Source: an uncultured delta proteobacterium (GTDB lineage: Bacteria; Myxococcota_A; Polyangia; Polyangiales; Polyangiaceae). From it: a DNA stretch of 64,000 nt. The stretch spans positions 1,107,705-1,171,704 of the forward strand of contig CAVOKF010000004.1 in NCBI GenBank assembly GCA_963696385.1, read 5' to 3'. Shown in pieces: positions 10,392 to 22,454 of the stretch (the first letter of the stretch is position 1; every line of letters begins with the position of its first letter). The notes under the pieces are model-generated. The model was not told where the DNA came from and made no database searches. It was given only the letters and a program-made list of their open reading frames with translations. A program made the translations under genes and the position numbers.

Positions 10392-10814
10392 TCAGGCGCC
10401 CGCCGATCGCTCGATGAGGTCGAATCGGTTGCCGTAGAGATCCTCGAAGACGGCCACGGTGCCGTACGCCTCCTTCGTCGGCGGGCGCACGAACGTCACG
10501 CCTCGCGCGACGAGGTCGCGGTAGTCCCGCCAGAACTGATCCGTCTCAAAGAAGATGAAGACTCGGCCACCGGTCTGGTTTCCCACGCGGGTGATCTGCT
10601 CTGCCGAGACGGCCCGCGCGAGCAAAATGCCCGCACCTGTCGATCCCAGCGGACCCACGCGGACCCACCGTTTGCCGCCCCCGAGGTCCGTGTCTTCGAG
10701 TCGCTCGAAGCCGAGCTTGTCGACGTAGAACGCGAGGGCTTCGTCGTAATCGCGAACGACCACCGAGAATTGCGCGACGTGCTGGGGTATGGCGTTGCTG
10801 CTTGGATCGGTCAC
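10392..10814 (-). CDS. VOC/glyoxalase family protein
   Basis: VVVRDYDEALAFYVDKLGF...YGTVAVFEDLYGNRFDL; GTG start overlaps the upstream stop. Confidence 0.85.
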   Translation of the reverse strand: MTDPSSNAIPQHVAQFSVVVRDYDEALAFYVDKLGFERLEDTDLGGGKRWVRVGPLGSTGAGILLARAVSAEQITRVGNQTGGRVFIFFETDQFWRDYRDLVARGVTFVRPPTKEAYGTVAVFEDLYGNRFDLIERSAGA

Positions 10815-11262
10815 CCGCGCCGGGCTGCCTCGATGGTCGCAATGTCGATCTTCCTCATCGACATCATCGCCGCGAAGGCACGCTTCGCCTCCGCGCCGCC
10901 CGCTGCCAGGGCTTCCATCAGCGTACCAGGCGTGATCTGCCAAGAGAGCCCCCACCGGTCCTTGCACCAACCACAGGCGCTCTCCTGCCCGCCGTTGCCG
11001 ACGATCGCGTTCCAGTAGCGGTCCGTCTCCTTCTGATCTTCGGTGGAGACCTGGAAGGAGAAAGCCTCGCTGTGCTTGAACTGCGGGCCGCCGTTGAGAC
11101 CGAGACACGGGATCCCCAGGACGGTGAACTCCACGGTCAGCACGTCGCCTTCCTTGCCTCCCGGATACTCACCCGGTGCCCTGCGAACCGCGCGCACTTC
11201 GCTGTTGGGGAACGTGGCGGCATAGAAGCGTGCCGCCTCTTCGGCGTCCTTGTCGAACTCCC
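10811..11262 (-). pseudogene. PhnB-like VOC protein (3-demethylubiquinone-9 3-methyltransferase family), N-terminus apparently missing
   Basis: FDKDAEEAARFY...LNGGPQF...CGWCKDRWGLSWQI; no start codon between the upstream stop (11269) and this motif. Confidence 0.7.
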
Positions 11263-11268
11263 TCTCCG

Positions 11269-11760
11269 CTAGGCGGCCTCGCGCAGCGTCTTCTCGAGCT
11301 GGGCGAGCAACCCTCGCCAACCGTCTTCGCGGAGCTTCGCGCCGTCGGAGCGTTCGAAGAAGGCCGCTTGCTCAGTGAAGAGCAGGCGCGTCCCTCCGTC
11401 CGCAGCGGACAGCTCCACCGTGGCCAGCGACGTCGACATGCGGTAGTCGCCAATGAGCATGGAGTACGCGAAGACGATGCGCCGGTTAGGCACGATGTCG
11501 AGGTAGACGGTGTCGTTGCCCATCTTCGTGCCGGCGGGCGGTGCTCCCGCGGGACCACCGGCGAACGTAAAGCGGCTCTTTTCGCGACCGCCGACGCGAA
11601 AGTCGGCGGTGTACTCCTCGGAGGTAAATCCCTTCCCATCCATGAACCACCGACGCTTGAGCGCTGGGTCAGCGAAGGCCGCGAAGACACGCGCAGGCGG
11701 AGCGGGGTAGGTGCGTTCGATGGCGAAGGTGCTGTGCACGACGTGCTGTTCGTCTTTCAT
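11269..11760 (-). CDS. SRPBCC/AHSA1 domain protein
   Basis: HSTFAIERTYPAPPARVFAAFADP..KRRWF...GW. Confidence 0.88.
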   Translation of the reverse strand: MKDEQHVVHSTFAIERTYPAPPARVFAAFADPALKRRWFMDGKGFTSEEYTADFRVGGREKSRFTFAGGPAGAPPAGTKMGNDTVYLDIVPNRRIVFAYSMLIGDYRMSTSLATVELSAADGGTRLLFTEQAAFFERSDGAKLREDGWRGLLAQLEKTLREAA

Positions 11761-12125
11761 GGCTTCGTCCTCTTCTTGGGGTTGGGTGCTGACCGTTTCG
11801 AGTTGTCGTCTTCCGCGAGCAGCTCGCCTAGGCGGTCGAGCCGGCGCTCCCAAAGCGTGCGGCGCTCCGCGATCCAGCGTTCCGCGAGCTTCAAACCGTC
11901 GGGCTCCAGGCGACAGGTCCGAACGCGACCAACCTTCTTGCTTCGCACGACCCCGCTCTCTTCGAGGACTTGGAGATGCTGGACGATCGCAGCCAGGGTC
12001 ACGTCGAACGGCTGCGCCAGATCGCTGACGGACATGGGTCCCGCGCTGAGACGCTCCACAAGCGCCCTCCGCATGGGCTCGGCGAGCGCATGGAAGACGC
12101 GGCCGACCGCGGCATGGTTTAGCAT
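11757..12125 (-). CDS. ArsR/SmtB family transcriptional regulator
   Basis: VFHALAEPMRR...QHLQVLEESGVVRSKKVGRVR; ATGA overlap with the SRPBCC gene. Confidence 0.88.
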   Translation of the reverse strand: MLNHAAVGRVFHALAEPMRRALVERLSAGPMSVSDLAQPFDVTLAAIVQHLQVLEESGVVRSKKVGRVRTCRLEPDGLKLAERWIAERRTLWERRLDRLGELLAEDDNSKRSAPNPKKRTKP

Positions 12126-12174
12126 CGGATTGACTATGTGATCGCGCTCGTCAATTGTCAAGCGGTCGCTAAAG
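12118..12174. promoter_or_regulatory. Imperfect inverted repeat, candidate ArsR operator
   Basis: TTTAGC-N6-TTGAC ... GTCAA-N6-GCTAAA overlapping the ArsR start. Confidence 0.4.
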
Positions 12175-12467
12175 TGTAGTCCGGTGCGTTTGGCGGAGCT
12201 TGTTCGTGCCCGCATGCACCTGGCAGCGGGGATCGGAGACTGCGCCGAACATTCACTCGTGACGACGCCGACTCCACGGCGTCTCAGGTGGTTTCTGGGT
12301 GGTTTCTCCGCCCCGCCCCGACGGCTTCGGCCACCTGCCGGTCAGCCCACCGCCGACCCACCGAACCATTTTCCGGGGCCGGATAGACGTTGCCAAGGCA
12401 AGCGACCCCGAGTCTCCTCGAGCCGAAGGCTGGCGCTCGTACGGAGCGAGCGTCACGTCGCCGGCCT

Positions 12468-13376
12468 TTACTGCGCAGAGCGAACCGCCAGCTCCTTCGC
12501 CACTTCGACGAACAGACGCAGTGGTGGCGAGCGCCGCGCGACGCTGGGGAAGTAGAGGAAGAAGCCGGGGACCGTCGGCGCATAGCGTTCGAGCACCCGC
12601 TGCAGCCGGCCCATGCGTAGCCGCTCCAACACCATCGGCTCGAAGGCGTAGACGAGCCGTACCCCCTGTTCCGCGAGGGAGGCGTTCAACGAGGAGTCGT
12701 CGCTGACGACGCCCCCGTGAACCGGCACGCGCCAGTTCTTGCGGCCGCGCTCCAGCTCCCAGGCGTAGAGCGCCCCAGTCGTCCGCGAACGGAAGGTGAT
12801 GCACTCGTGGCGCAGGAGATCCTCCGGGCGTTCCGGGGTCCCGCGGCGCGCGAGGTAGTCGGGCGACCCTACCACCACGAAGCGGAACGGCTCCGTGAGC
12901 CGCACCTGCACCATGTCGCGCTCGATGGCCTCGCTGAGCCGGACCCCTGCGTCGTACCCCTCCGCCACGATGTCCACGAAGCGATCGTCGACCGCGACTT
13001 CGACCTCGACGCGCGGATAGCGGGTGCGAAACGTGGGAACCACGGGGTCGACGACGAGGGGGACGGCCACGCGAGGTACCGACAGGCGGACGCGACCGAC
13101 GACTTCCCCAGGTTGAGCGGACGCCTCGCTCAGCGCAGCGAGCGCAAGCCCCAACGCCGGACCCGCACTCTGCACGAGCCGCCGCCCCGCCTCCGTCACC
13201 GACACGCTCCGGGTCGTGCGGGCCAGAAGCACCACGCGAAGCTGCTCCTCGAGCTGTCGGACCGCCTGGCTGACCGCGGACCGGGTGACACCGAGCTCGC
13301 GCGCCGCACTGCTGAAGCTGCGCAAGCGTGCCACCGCAAGGAATGCCTGAAGCTGCGGGAAAGGAGCGGCGCTCAT
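12468..13376 (-). CDS. LysR family transcriptional regulator
   Basis: SFSSAARELGVTRSAVSQAVRQLE...RTTRSVSVTEAG. Confidence 0.92.
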   Translation of the reverse strand: MSAAPFPQLQAFLAVARLRSFSSAARELGVTRSAVSQAVRQLEEQLRVVLLARTTRSVSVTEAGRRLVQSAGPALGLALAALSEASAQPGEVVGRVRLSVPRVAVPLVVDPVVPTFRTRYPRVEVEVAVDDRFVDIVAEGYDAGVRLSEAIERDMVQVRLTEPFRFVVVGSPDYLARRGTPERPEDLLRHECITFRSRTTGALYAWELERGRKNWRVPVHGGVVSDDSSLNASLAEQGVRLVYAFEPMVLERLRMGRLQRVLERYAPTVPGFFLYFPSVARRSPPLRLFVEVAKELAVRSAQ

Positions 13377-13525
13377 GAAGCGAAGAGCGCTCGAGCTGGA
13401 GCCGATTGTCAAGCAGAGCTAAACAGGCCGTCGCCGAGATGGCGTCTAGTCCGCCGCCGGCAACGGGCGCATCTTCTTCGCGTCGGTCCGGTTCGTGCCC
13501 GAAGGCGCGTGAAGGAGGAGATGCC

Positions 13526-14388
13526 ATGAGCAAAAAGGTCTGGTTCATCACGGGCGCGGGTCGCGGCATGGGCGTCGACTTCGCAAAGGCGGCCCTGGCG
13601 GCCGGCCACGCCGTCGTGGCCACACGGGCCGGGACCCCGACCGCGTATCCAGAGCGCTGGGTCTGTCGAACGATCTGCTGGCCGTGAAGCTGGACGTCAC
13701 TCGACGCGCCGATGCCGAAGCGGCGGTGAGCGCCGGCGTCGATCGGTTCGGGCGCATCGACGTGCTGGTCAACAACGCGGCCAGCTTCTACGCCGGTTAC
13801 TTCGAGGAGCTGTCGCCGGAGCAGATGGATCGGCAGCTGGCGGCGAGCCTCACTGGACCCATGAACGTCACCCGCGCCGTCCTGCCGGTGATGCGCAAGC
13901 AGCGCTCGGGACACGTCATCGCGATCTCCTCCTCGGCGGGCCTCACGGGCTTCGAGTTCTGCAGCGCCTACGCGGCGTCGAAGTTCGGCCTCGAGGGGTG
14001 GATGGAGTCGCTCGCGCCCGAGGTCGCGCTGTTCGGCATCGCTACCACTATCGTCAACCCCGGGTTCTTCCGTACGGAGCTCCTCTCGGAGCAATCGACG
14101 AGCTACGCCGAGCCGTCGATCAGCGACTACAGCGAGCGCAGAGCGAAGCAGCTCGAGTTCTGGGGAGCCCAGAACGGCAAGCAGGGGGGCGACCCCGCAA
14201 AGCTCGCGAAGGCCCTCATCACCCTCACCGACCAGGAGCGCCCACCGCTGCGCTTCATCGCGGGGGCCGATGCGATCGGGACGGCCGAGCAGACGGTCGC
14301 CACGCTTCGGCAGCAGATCGATGCGTACCGCGGCTTATCCTCCTCGCTCGCGTTCGACGAGGCCGTCACGGCCCGTAGCTCGAAGTAG
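13526..14388 (+). pseudogene. SDR oxidoreductase, frameshifted near 13625
   Basis: WFITGAGRGMG in one frame; [13 protein letters not shown] in another. Confidence 0.85.
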
Positions 14389-14413
14389 TCGGACGAAGGG
14401 AGCAGGTACGAAC

Positions 14414-15054
<641 letters not shown>

Positions 15055-15099
15055 CCGACGGCGAGCCTCGGAGGCGAAGCCGAACGAAAGGAAAGCACA

Positions 15100-15660
15100 A
15101 TGAAGAGCGTCGTCGTCGTCACCGGTGCGGGCTCGATCGGCCAAGCGATCGCCCGTCGCGTCGGCGCGGGGAAACACGTTCTGCTCGCCGACCTGCGCGC
15201 GGAGAACGCGAAGGCGGCCGCCGACGTGATGAGCAACGCCGGGTTCGAGGTCAGCACCGCGACCGTCGACATCTCCTCGCGCGAGTCGATCCACGAGCTC
15301 GCCCTTGCGGCGACGAAGCTCGGTGAGGTCACGGGGGCGATTCACGCGGCCGGCGTGTCCCCCTCGCAAGCGTCGCCGGCGACGATCCTCAAGGTCGACC
15401 TTTACGGCACCGCCGTCCTGCTCGAGGAGTTCGGGAGCGTCATCGCGCGAGGCGGGTCCGGCGTGGTCATCGCGTCGCAGTCGGGCCATCGTCTGGGAGC
15501 GCTAAGCGCGGAGCAAGACAAGGCGCTCGCAACGACGGCCCCCGAGCAGCTGCTCTCGCTTCCGTTCCTCCAGCCCGAGCAGGTGAAGGACTCGCTGCAC
15601 GCCTACCAGCTCGCCAAGCGCGAGAACTCGCTTCGCGTCATGGCGGAGGCGGTGCGGTGG
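15100..15660 (+). pseudogene. SDR oxidoreductase, C-terminally truncated
   Basis: TGAGSIG, HAAGVS, YQLAK; similarity stops after EAVRW. Confidence 0.75.
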
Positions 15661-15845
15661 GCAATCCTCTCGCGGCCAAAAGACGTTGGACCCGGCGCTG
15701 TGGCCGTGCGCGGACCCCTTCACGGCGAGCGCATCGACTTGAGCGCGCAGCCGAACATGGTAATGTTGTTCGGAACATTCCCTACAGCTTGCCGATGCTG
15801 CGACACCTCGATCCCGCTGACCGTCAGGCGCAAGTCGCTCGTACC

Positions 15846-16040
15846 ATGACCGACCAAGACGTTGCCCGCAACACGCGCGCGGTTGCGCATGCAATCGGGC
15901 AGCAGAAGCTCGAGGGCTTGACGGTGCCGGCGGTGACGGAGCGCGACTTGTACCGAGTGGCACGCGGCGAGATGCCTCTCACCGAGGCCATCCGCAACGT
16001 CTACGCCCAGTTCGGGAATGTCCCGGTATTCCAGCCTTGA
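15846..16040 (+). CDS. VbhA-like FicA antitoxin
   Basis: 64 aa, AIGQQKLEG inhibitory-motif-like segment and GEM; overlaps the Fic gene start. Confidence 0.7.
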   Translation: MTDQDVARNTRAVAHAIGQQKLEGLTVPAVTERDLYRVARGEMPLTEAIRNVYAQFGNVPVFQP

Positions 16041-16604
16041 CCCGTACCTCGATCCGGCGTCCGGGGCTCTGAAAAACCGTTTTCGGCATTACCGACGAAC
16101 CGACCCTTGAGGCCGCAGAGGCCTCTCTCGTCGCGCTGCGCTCCTACGAACTCGCGCGGCAGCCCATCCCGGGTGCCTTCGATCTCGCGCATCTGCAAGC
16201 CATCCACCGCCACCTGTTCGGCGATGTCTATGCATGGGCGGAGCAGCTTCGCACGATCGACATCGCCAAGGGCGGCAACGCACCACGCTTACATCGCGAC
16301 CGCCGCCGCGCCGATCTTCGCACAGCTCGCGCGCGAGAGGCATTTGACGGGGCTAGCGCCAGCGGCTTTCAGCGGCCGGGCGGCCCACTACCTGGGAGAG
16401 GTCAATGCATTGCACCCGTTTCGCGAAGGCAATGGACGTGCGCAACGCGAGTTCGTGAGTCATCTGGCCCATTCGAACGGCTACTACGTTGCCTGGGAGT
16501 ACATCACCGCTTCGGACATGCTGGAGGCCTCGATCGAAGCCTTCCGAGGCGATGTGTCAAAGCTCGCGGCGATGGTCCACGGCAATCTGAGTCGCAGCGG
16601 TTAG
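16018..16604 (+). pseudogene. Fic/VbhT-like toxin, two apparent frameshifts
   Basis: DPYLDPASGALKN, HLQAIHRHLFGDVYAWA and HPFREGNGRAQR are split across frames. Confidence 0.85.
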
Positions 16605-16722
16605 GCCGCCGCCCCAAGAAAGACGCCCGGAACGTGGGCGCGTACGTCTCGTTCGGTGGAGCGAGTCGATGGCGTCGTCACCTCCGCTGCGGATCCGCAC
16701 GTGAGCTTGGGCTCGAAGGACG

Positions 16723-17924
16723 CTAGTACCTCGAATCCATTGACGCGACGGGTTTTGCTTTCCATGGCGACGAGGGCGTGCTCCATGGTGGGCCATGAAA
16801 AAGCGCTACGTAGTGAATCTGACGGTGGACGAGCGGGCGGCGCTGACGCAGCTCGTGAAGCGTGAGCGCGTCTCGGGCCTGAAAAGGCTTCGCGCAAGCA
16901 TTTTGCTGAAAGCCGACGAAGGGCTGACCGATCAGGAAATCTCGGACGACTTGGAGGCCGGGCTCGTCACGGTGGAGCGCGTGCGCAAGCGCTGCTGCGA
17001 GCGCGGCGTCGAAGCGTGCCTGGAGCGCAAGCCCCAAGACACCCCGTCGCGGCCGCGAAAGCTCGACGGGGCCTCGGAGGCGCGGCTGGTTCAGAATCGC
17101 TTGCAGTGAGCCGCCCGCAGGGCGGGCACGGTGGACCATCTCGCTTCTCGCGGACCGACTCGTCGAGCTGAAGGTGTTCGACTCCGTCAGCCCGAGCACG
17201 GTCCAGCGCGGTCTAAAAAAAACGAAATCAAGCCCTGGCTTGTAGAGCGCTTCTGCATTCCGCCTGAGGAAAACGCGGCGTTCGTAAAGTGCATGGAGGA
17301 TGTGCTCGACGTTTACCATCGACCCTATGATCCGGACCGGCCGCAGGTCTGTCTCGACGAGACCAGCAAGCAGTTGCTCGAGCACACCCGCCAGCCCGTT
17401 CCTGCGAGCCCCGGCACACCGGCCCGCGTCGATGACGAATACAAGCGGTGCGGCACAGCCAACATCTTCGCTGCCGTGGAACCGCTGACCGGGCAATCCG
17501 TCGTCGAAGTGACCGAGCGACGCACGGCCGTCGACATGGCGCATTTCTTAGCCCGCCTGTCCGACGAGACCTACGCAACCGCGACCGTCATCGTCTTGGT
17601 CATGGACAACCTCAACATCCACGATCTTTCGTGCCTGTACGAAGCATTCGCGCCCAAAGAGGCTCGTCGTCTGGTCGAGAGGTTCGAGGTTCACCACACC
17701 CCCAAGCACGGCAGTTGGCTCAACGTCGCCGAAATCTTCCTCTCGACCCTATCGATACAGTGTCTCGACCAGCGCGTCGGCAGCATCGGCGCGCTCCACA
17801 CGATCGTCTCCGCGTGGCAGGCTTCGCGACCCGACCGCAAGGTCAACTGGCGCTTCACCACGGCGGACGCACGCATCAAGCTGCGCCGCCTCTACCCTTC
17901 CATTCCGTAGAATCGGGGTACTAG
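16723..17924 (+). mobile_element. IS630 family insertion sequence
   Basis: Ends CTAGTACCTCGAATCC / GAATCGGGGTACTAG; HTH orfA plus DDE orfB. Confidence 0.92.
16795..17910 (+). CDS. IS630 transposase (programmed -1 frameshift at A8 17215-17222; extra base near 17096)
   Basis: CLDE, MDNLNIH, TPKHGSWLNVAE; KKNEIKPW slippery site. Confidence 0.88.
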
Positions 17925-18017
17925 TACCCCGATTCCATGAAACGGAGGGGTGAGACCACCCGATCCCGTCGGGAATATCGCGGAAAACGACCCTTCCATT
18001 CCGCGGAATCGAGGTAC
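17921..18017. mobile_element. IS630-related MITE, copy 3, abutting the IS630 right end
   Basis: Shares CTAG 17921-17924 with IS630; right end lacks the terminal TAG. Confidence 0.85.
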
Positions 18018-19043
18018 CGACAGGATGATCACGTGATCGAGGCACTCGCGGCGGACGCTCCCCAGAAATCGCTCGCAGACCGCGTTCATTAACGGCGCCC
18101 GCACGGCGGTCCGCACGACACGGGCACCGGCACCTGCGGCGATGCGGTCGAAGCCCGCGCCGAACTTGTCATCGCGATCTCGGATGATGAACTGCGGACC
18201 GCACCCGAACGGCGTCGCGTTGCGAATCTGCTGCGCGGTCCACGCCTGCGTGGGAGCGCGCGTCACCGACACCTGCACGACGCGCTTGGCGTTCACGTCG
18301 ACGATGAAGAACGCGTAGATGGGACGGAACCAGATGTCGTAGATCTGAAGGAAGTCGCACGCCCACACGGTGTGGTTTCGCAGGAAGGTCCGCCAGCGTT
18401 GTCCCGGGCGCGGCGCGACGGGCCCCGCGGCGCCTCGCATGTACCGTTGCACCGTGCGCTTCGCGATGCCGACGCCGAGCTTCAAGAGCTCGCCTCGAAT
18501 CCGCTCGGCTCCCCAGAGCCGGTTCTCGGTCGCCATGCGGCGGATGAGCGTTACGACGTCCGGCGCGAGACGCGGTTCGCGCGGACCGGCCCGGCGGGAC
18601 TTCCGCCGCCAGAACAATCGGAACCCCTCCCGGTGCCATCACAGGACGGTCTCGGGCTTGAGCACGAGCAGGGCCTGGCGCCACTGGGAAAGAAAGCTCG
18701 CCAGGAGCACGATCAGGCCTCGCTCGTGGGTGCGCAGAACAGGGCGTTTGACCGCGCGCGAGGCGACGATGAGCTGCTGGCGAAGAAGCACGTTCTCGGC
18801 GACCAGCTCGGCCCGGGAGCGGGTGAGATCGGCGATGAAGCCGCTCGCGACGCCCGAGGGCCGGCATGCGTCGCCAAGCGCCCTCATCGCCCGGGCTGCC
18901 ACGCCGGCGAGCATTGCCCGAAGCCGAGAGCCAGACGAGCAAGGCACCGCGCGATCCGAGCCGATCCGACGCCGATCATCAAGGCTTGTTCCGACGAGAA
19001 TCCTGAGCGATCGTGCGGCGGAGGAGGGAAGTAGCCAGGACAG
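18018..19043 (-). pseudogene. Integrase-core (rve) transposase, frameshifted near 18640 and 3'-truncated by the MITE
   Basis: LVAENVLLRQQL, KPETVL, ENRLWGAERIRGEL, WACDF, IRDRDDKF, NAVCERFLGSVRRECLDH. Confidence 0.85.
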
Positions 19044-19945
19044 CCATCGGCCGCATGGCGCTTTCCGACGTTCCGCAAGCCACATTCGTAGCGTCCTCGA
19101 AGAGGCTGCGGCCAAGGGTCTGCTGCGCAAGACCGCGTCCGACCTGCGCGGCGTGCTTCACCGGTCTTTCGGGCCTTCGCCGCTCCGGTCTACGTGCCCG
19201 GTGGCTGATTGGTCAGTCTCGCGATCTCCAAGAAATCGCCTGCTTCGCGGTACCAGATCCAGAGGTTGAGGCCGCGCACCTGCCGCACGTGCACCAGCGT
19301 CACCACTCCGCGCGCATCGGCCGGCTCCAGGATCGTCATCGCGTCGCCATGCCCCGGTAACGTCTCGGACGTGCACAGTGCGACAATCGTCGCAGCGATC
19401 GCACGCGACTCCGGCGAGTGCTTAATGATACCGATCGCGGTGCGACGAGCGAGAAACCGCGGGCTCAGTCGAGGCGTTCGGGCCACGCGCCGGTCTCTAC
19501 CCAGTGCTGAAGCTCGTCCGCCGTCAGCTCGACACCCTCACCGCGGTCGAGCTCTGCCAGTCCGGCGCGAATTTCCGCCTCGTCATCGGCCGAGGGGCTG
19601 ACGAGCTCAGGATTCGGTCGCGCGCGGGGAGCCATCGCCCAAAGGTAGCACGCTACGCGGAGTGAGCGACTCTGTCGATCCGCCGCCCGGCATTGGAGAC
19701 GGGTCAGCCATCGTCGAGCATCTGCAGCACTGTCCTGGCTCCTTGGGCTGTCCGGCGGCTTCGCGGGCGCATGTGGAAGTCGAGCTAATTAGATCGCGTC
19801 GGCTCCGCGCGGTTGGCTCTTGTTGCGGGGTCGATCGCCCGTCGCGCGCGTGCCCGCGGCGAGCAACTCGTGAGGGCTGCCGGACCGTCGCAGGCGTAGC
19901 TGCAAAGGCCCACGGGCCCCGCGCCGCCAACGCGAATGGCCCCTG

Positions 19946-20437
19946 TTACGACGGGGCATGATGCGACTGGTCCTGGTCGCGCTTCACCGCCGTTTCCGCA
20001 GCAGCCGCCGCTGTGAGCTCCGCGTCGTCGCCGATGCTCTCGTGCGGCAAGTCGTCAAGAAATCGGCGGCCCCCGGAAAACTGTTCGGCGACGTGCTCCA
20101 CGAACTGCTTGTAGCGGCCTTCGGCGTTCGCTCGCGCCGCCTTCTTGCCGTCATCGGGGATGTTTGGTGTGTGCGCAAACCAAACGCGGAGGAAGACCGC
20201 AAACGCCTCCGACAGAAACTCGCGCTGGCCGCGAGCTACCGCGCGACCGAGTCGGTCCAGGCGCCGCAGGACGAGCGTGGCGTCGCTCGTGCCATCGAGG
20301 TACTGCTGGACGGCGGCTAGAACGACGGCGCTCACGGTCGAATCCGTCGCCGCACAGAATCGGTCAAGACGCTTGGAGACTTCCACGTCCACATAGGGTT
20401 GCAGCCGCACGCGGCCACGTCGCACGAGTTTGGTCAT
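19946..20437 (-). CDS. CopG/RHH-type protein resembling those of Tn4371-like conjugation modules
   Basis: N-terminal RHH-like segment; RRLDRLGR...EAFAVFLRVWFAHTP...AEGRYKQFVE. Confidence 0.65.
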   Translation of the reverse strand: MTKLVRRGRVRLQPYVDVEVSKRLDRFCAATDSTVSAVVLAAVQQYLDGTSDATLVLRRLDRLGRAVARGQREFLSEAFAVFLRVWFAHTPNIPDDGKKAARANAEGRYKQFVEHVAEQFSGGRRFLDDLPHESIGDDAELTAAAAAETAVKRDQDQSHHAPS

Positions 20438-20924
20438 CAGGAAGCTCCTTCTTGGCGGCGGAAAGCTCGCAATGGGCCGGCCCAGGGCCGCCGATCGGCG
20501 ACCAATCGATAAACTCCGCAGCGTCGTACTCGGTCGACACCCGGAGCCCAGCACGAGACGGCACCAGCAGCGACAAGAAGTGTTAACGCACGCATGGGCC
20601 CTCCGCGGCGGTCGAAAACGCCCGCCTCTCCGCCCGAACACCACTCGCCAGAAAGCCCGGGCGGTTGGAACGGACAGCCAATATGAGTCCCATACTCGCT
20701 TCCGTCAAATGCGATATCAACGTTCACTCCGAGCCAATCACCGGCGGGGTTGGCCACGACGCGATGCACAGCGATCCACCCGCGGACGACGGTCAAAGCG
20801 ACTAGCCGAGGTAGGTGGTCAATTACTGACCATGGGTCAAGTCAAACCCGCCTTTCGAGGGATGCTGCACCGCTTTTAACAAGTATAACAGCAACTTATC
20901 ATACTCATGGGCATGATAAGCATA

Positions 20925-20940
20925 TGGCACGATCTTTGCG
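20925..20940 (+). promoter_or_regulatory. Sigma54 (-24/-12) promoter
   Basis: TGGCACGATCTTTGCG (GG-N10-GC), preceded by the inverted repeat CTTATCAT-N10-ATGATAAG at 20895-20920. Confidence 0.7.
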
Positions 20941-21047
20941 GTTGACGCGACCGGTGCACTGATCAAATGGTTAGAAGCGTCGTTCTGCCTGACTCCCGAT
21001 CGGGCACCACGGCACCGGATGGTGCCCGTTGGTCGGAAGAAACCCCC

Positions 21048-22454
21048 ATGAATAACCACGAATATCCGACTCCCACGTTTCCGTTGGAATCCTCAATCAT
21101 CATGGTCAAAGGCGGGCGCCTCGAGGCCGAGGATGGTTCCCAGTCGCTCGCCATCCATGACGAACTCAAGATCGTGGGACGTGCCCGCGATAGCGCCCTG
21201 CGCGTCAACCACGAGACGGTCAGTCTGGTGCACGCCGAATTGCAGGCCACGCCCAAAGGGGTGCGCCTTAAGGATCGGCGGTCACGCAACGGCACCTTCG
21301 TTTCGCACCGAGGCGACGAGACGCAGATCGAAGAGGTGTACTTGGTTCGGCCGTGCGGGGTTCGCTTCGCTGCCAAGCGGTTTCGCTTCGTTCCGGAACT
21401 GCCGGAGTCCGTCGTCGTTTGTACGGAAACGCGGTTCAGAGGCCTGCTTGGTACGACGCCCGAGATGCAGGACCTTTTCTCCCGGATCGAGCGCCACGCG
21501 TGGGGTTCTCTGTCGATCTTCATTGGCGGAGAGACCGGCACGGGAAAGGAGCGTGTGGCTCGTGCCATTCACGAAGCAAGTTCGAGGTCTCGTAAACCGT
21601 TCGTGGCCATCAACTGCGCAGCCGTATCGCCTAACTGTCTCGAGAGCGAACTGTTCGGACATGTTCGAGGCGCGTTCACGGGGGCGGACCGAAATCACCC
21701 GGGTGTTTTTGTCGAGGCGGACGGTGGAACTCTCTTCTTCGACGAGGTCGCTGAAATGAGCCGCGACATGCAAGTGAAATTGCTCCGCGTTCTCCAAGAG
21801 CATGAGGTCCGGCCCGTCGGTGGCACCCCGCGCAAAGTGGACGTCCGAACTCTCTTCGCGACCCACGTCGATCTTGCGGCGGCCGTGAACCAGCGCCTAT
21901 TTCGACACGACTTGTACCACCGCATCACCCAGGCGCGCATGGAGATCCCGCCACTTCGCCGTCGGCTCGATGATTTACCGCTGCTGCTGGAGGACATTCT
22001 GCGGGACCTGAAACGTCCCGACGTGACGTTCGACGAGGCGGCCATGGAGCTGTTACGGGCGCGCAATTGGCCAGGCAACGTCCGCGAGTTGCACTCGGTC
22101 GTGGCGTGCGCTCTCGACGGCTTCTCAGGGTCGAGGCTTACGCCCCAAGAGCTCAGCGCGAGCCTACCATCCGCCCAGCCGCTCCGCCGCGAGACGGGCG
22201 AGTACGATGCGGCGAAAGACGAATTCGATCGGCAGTACTACGAAGCCAAGTACTTTGAGCATCACGGCAACGTTTCGCAGATCGCGCGAGCCGCTGGCAA
22301 GGACCGAGCGACGGTGAGAGCGGCGCTCCGGCGGTTTGTCTTGCTTGAGCCCCCTGCGGCACCCCAAGCACCCCCATTGCTGAACCATCGCCCACCCGAG
22401 CGGTGGTTTCTTCCGACTCGGTTCGTGCGGAAGGGCGCGCGCGCTTCGCCGTGA
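21048..22454 (+). CDS. FHA domain sigma54-dependent Fis-family activator
   Basis: FHA (VGR..VSLVHA..SRNGT), GETGTGKE, GAFTGA, FFDE, WPGNVREL, C-terminal HTH. Alternative start at 20967. Confidence 0.92.
   Translation: MNNHEYPTPTFPLESSIIMVKGGRLEAEDGSQSLAIHDELKIVGRARDSALRVNHETVSLVHAELQATPKGVRLKDRRSRNGTFVSHRGDETQIEEVYLVRPCGVRFAAKRFRFVPELPESVVVCTETRFRGLLGTTPEMQDLFSRIERHAWGSLSIFIGGETGTGKERVARAIHEASSRSRKPFVAINCAAVSPNCLESELFGHVRGAFTGADRNHPGVFVEADGGTLFFDEVAEMSRDMQVKLLRVLQEHEVRPVGGTPRKVDVRTLFATHVDLAAAVNQRLFRHDLYHRITQARMEIPPLRRRLDDLPLLLEDILRDLKRPDVTFDEAAMELLRARNWPGNVRELHSVVACALDGFSGSRLTPQELSASLPSAQPLRRETGEYDAAKDEFDRQYYEAKYFEHHGNVSQIARAAGKDRATVRAALRRFVLLEPPAAPQAPPLLNHRPPERWFLPTRFVRKGARASP

Noticed and set aside
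12253..14094. 613-aa minus-strand ORF, and similar long ORFs at 28805-30382, 33415-34920 and 57611-59476
   Set aside because: These are off-frame or antisense shadows of recognised genes, common in high-GC DNA.
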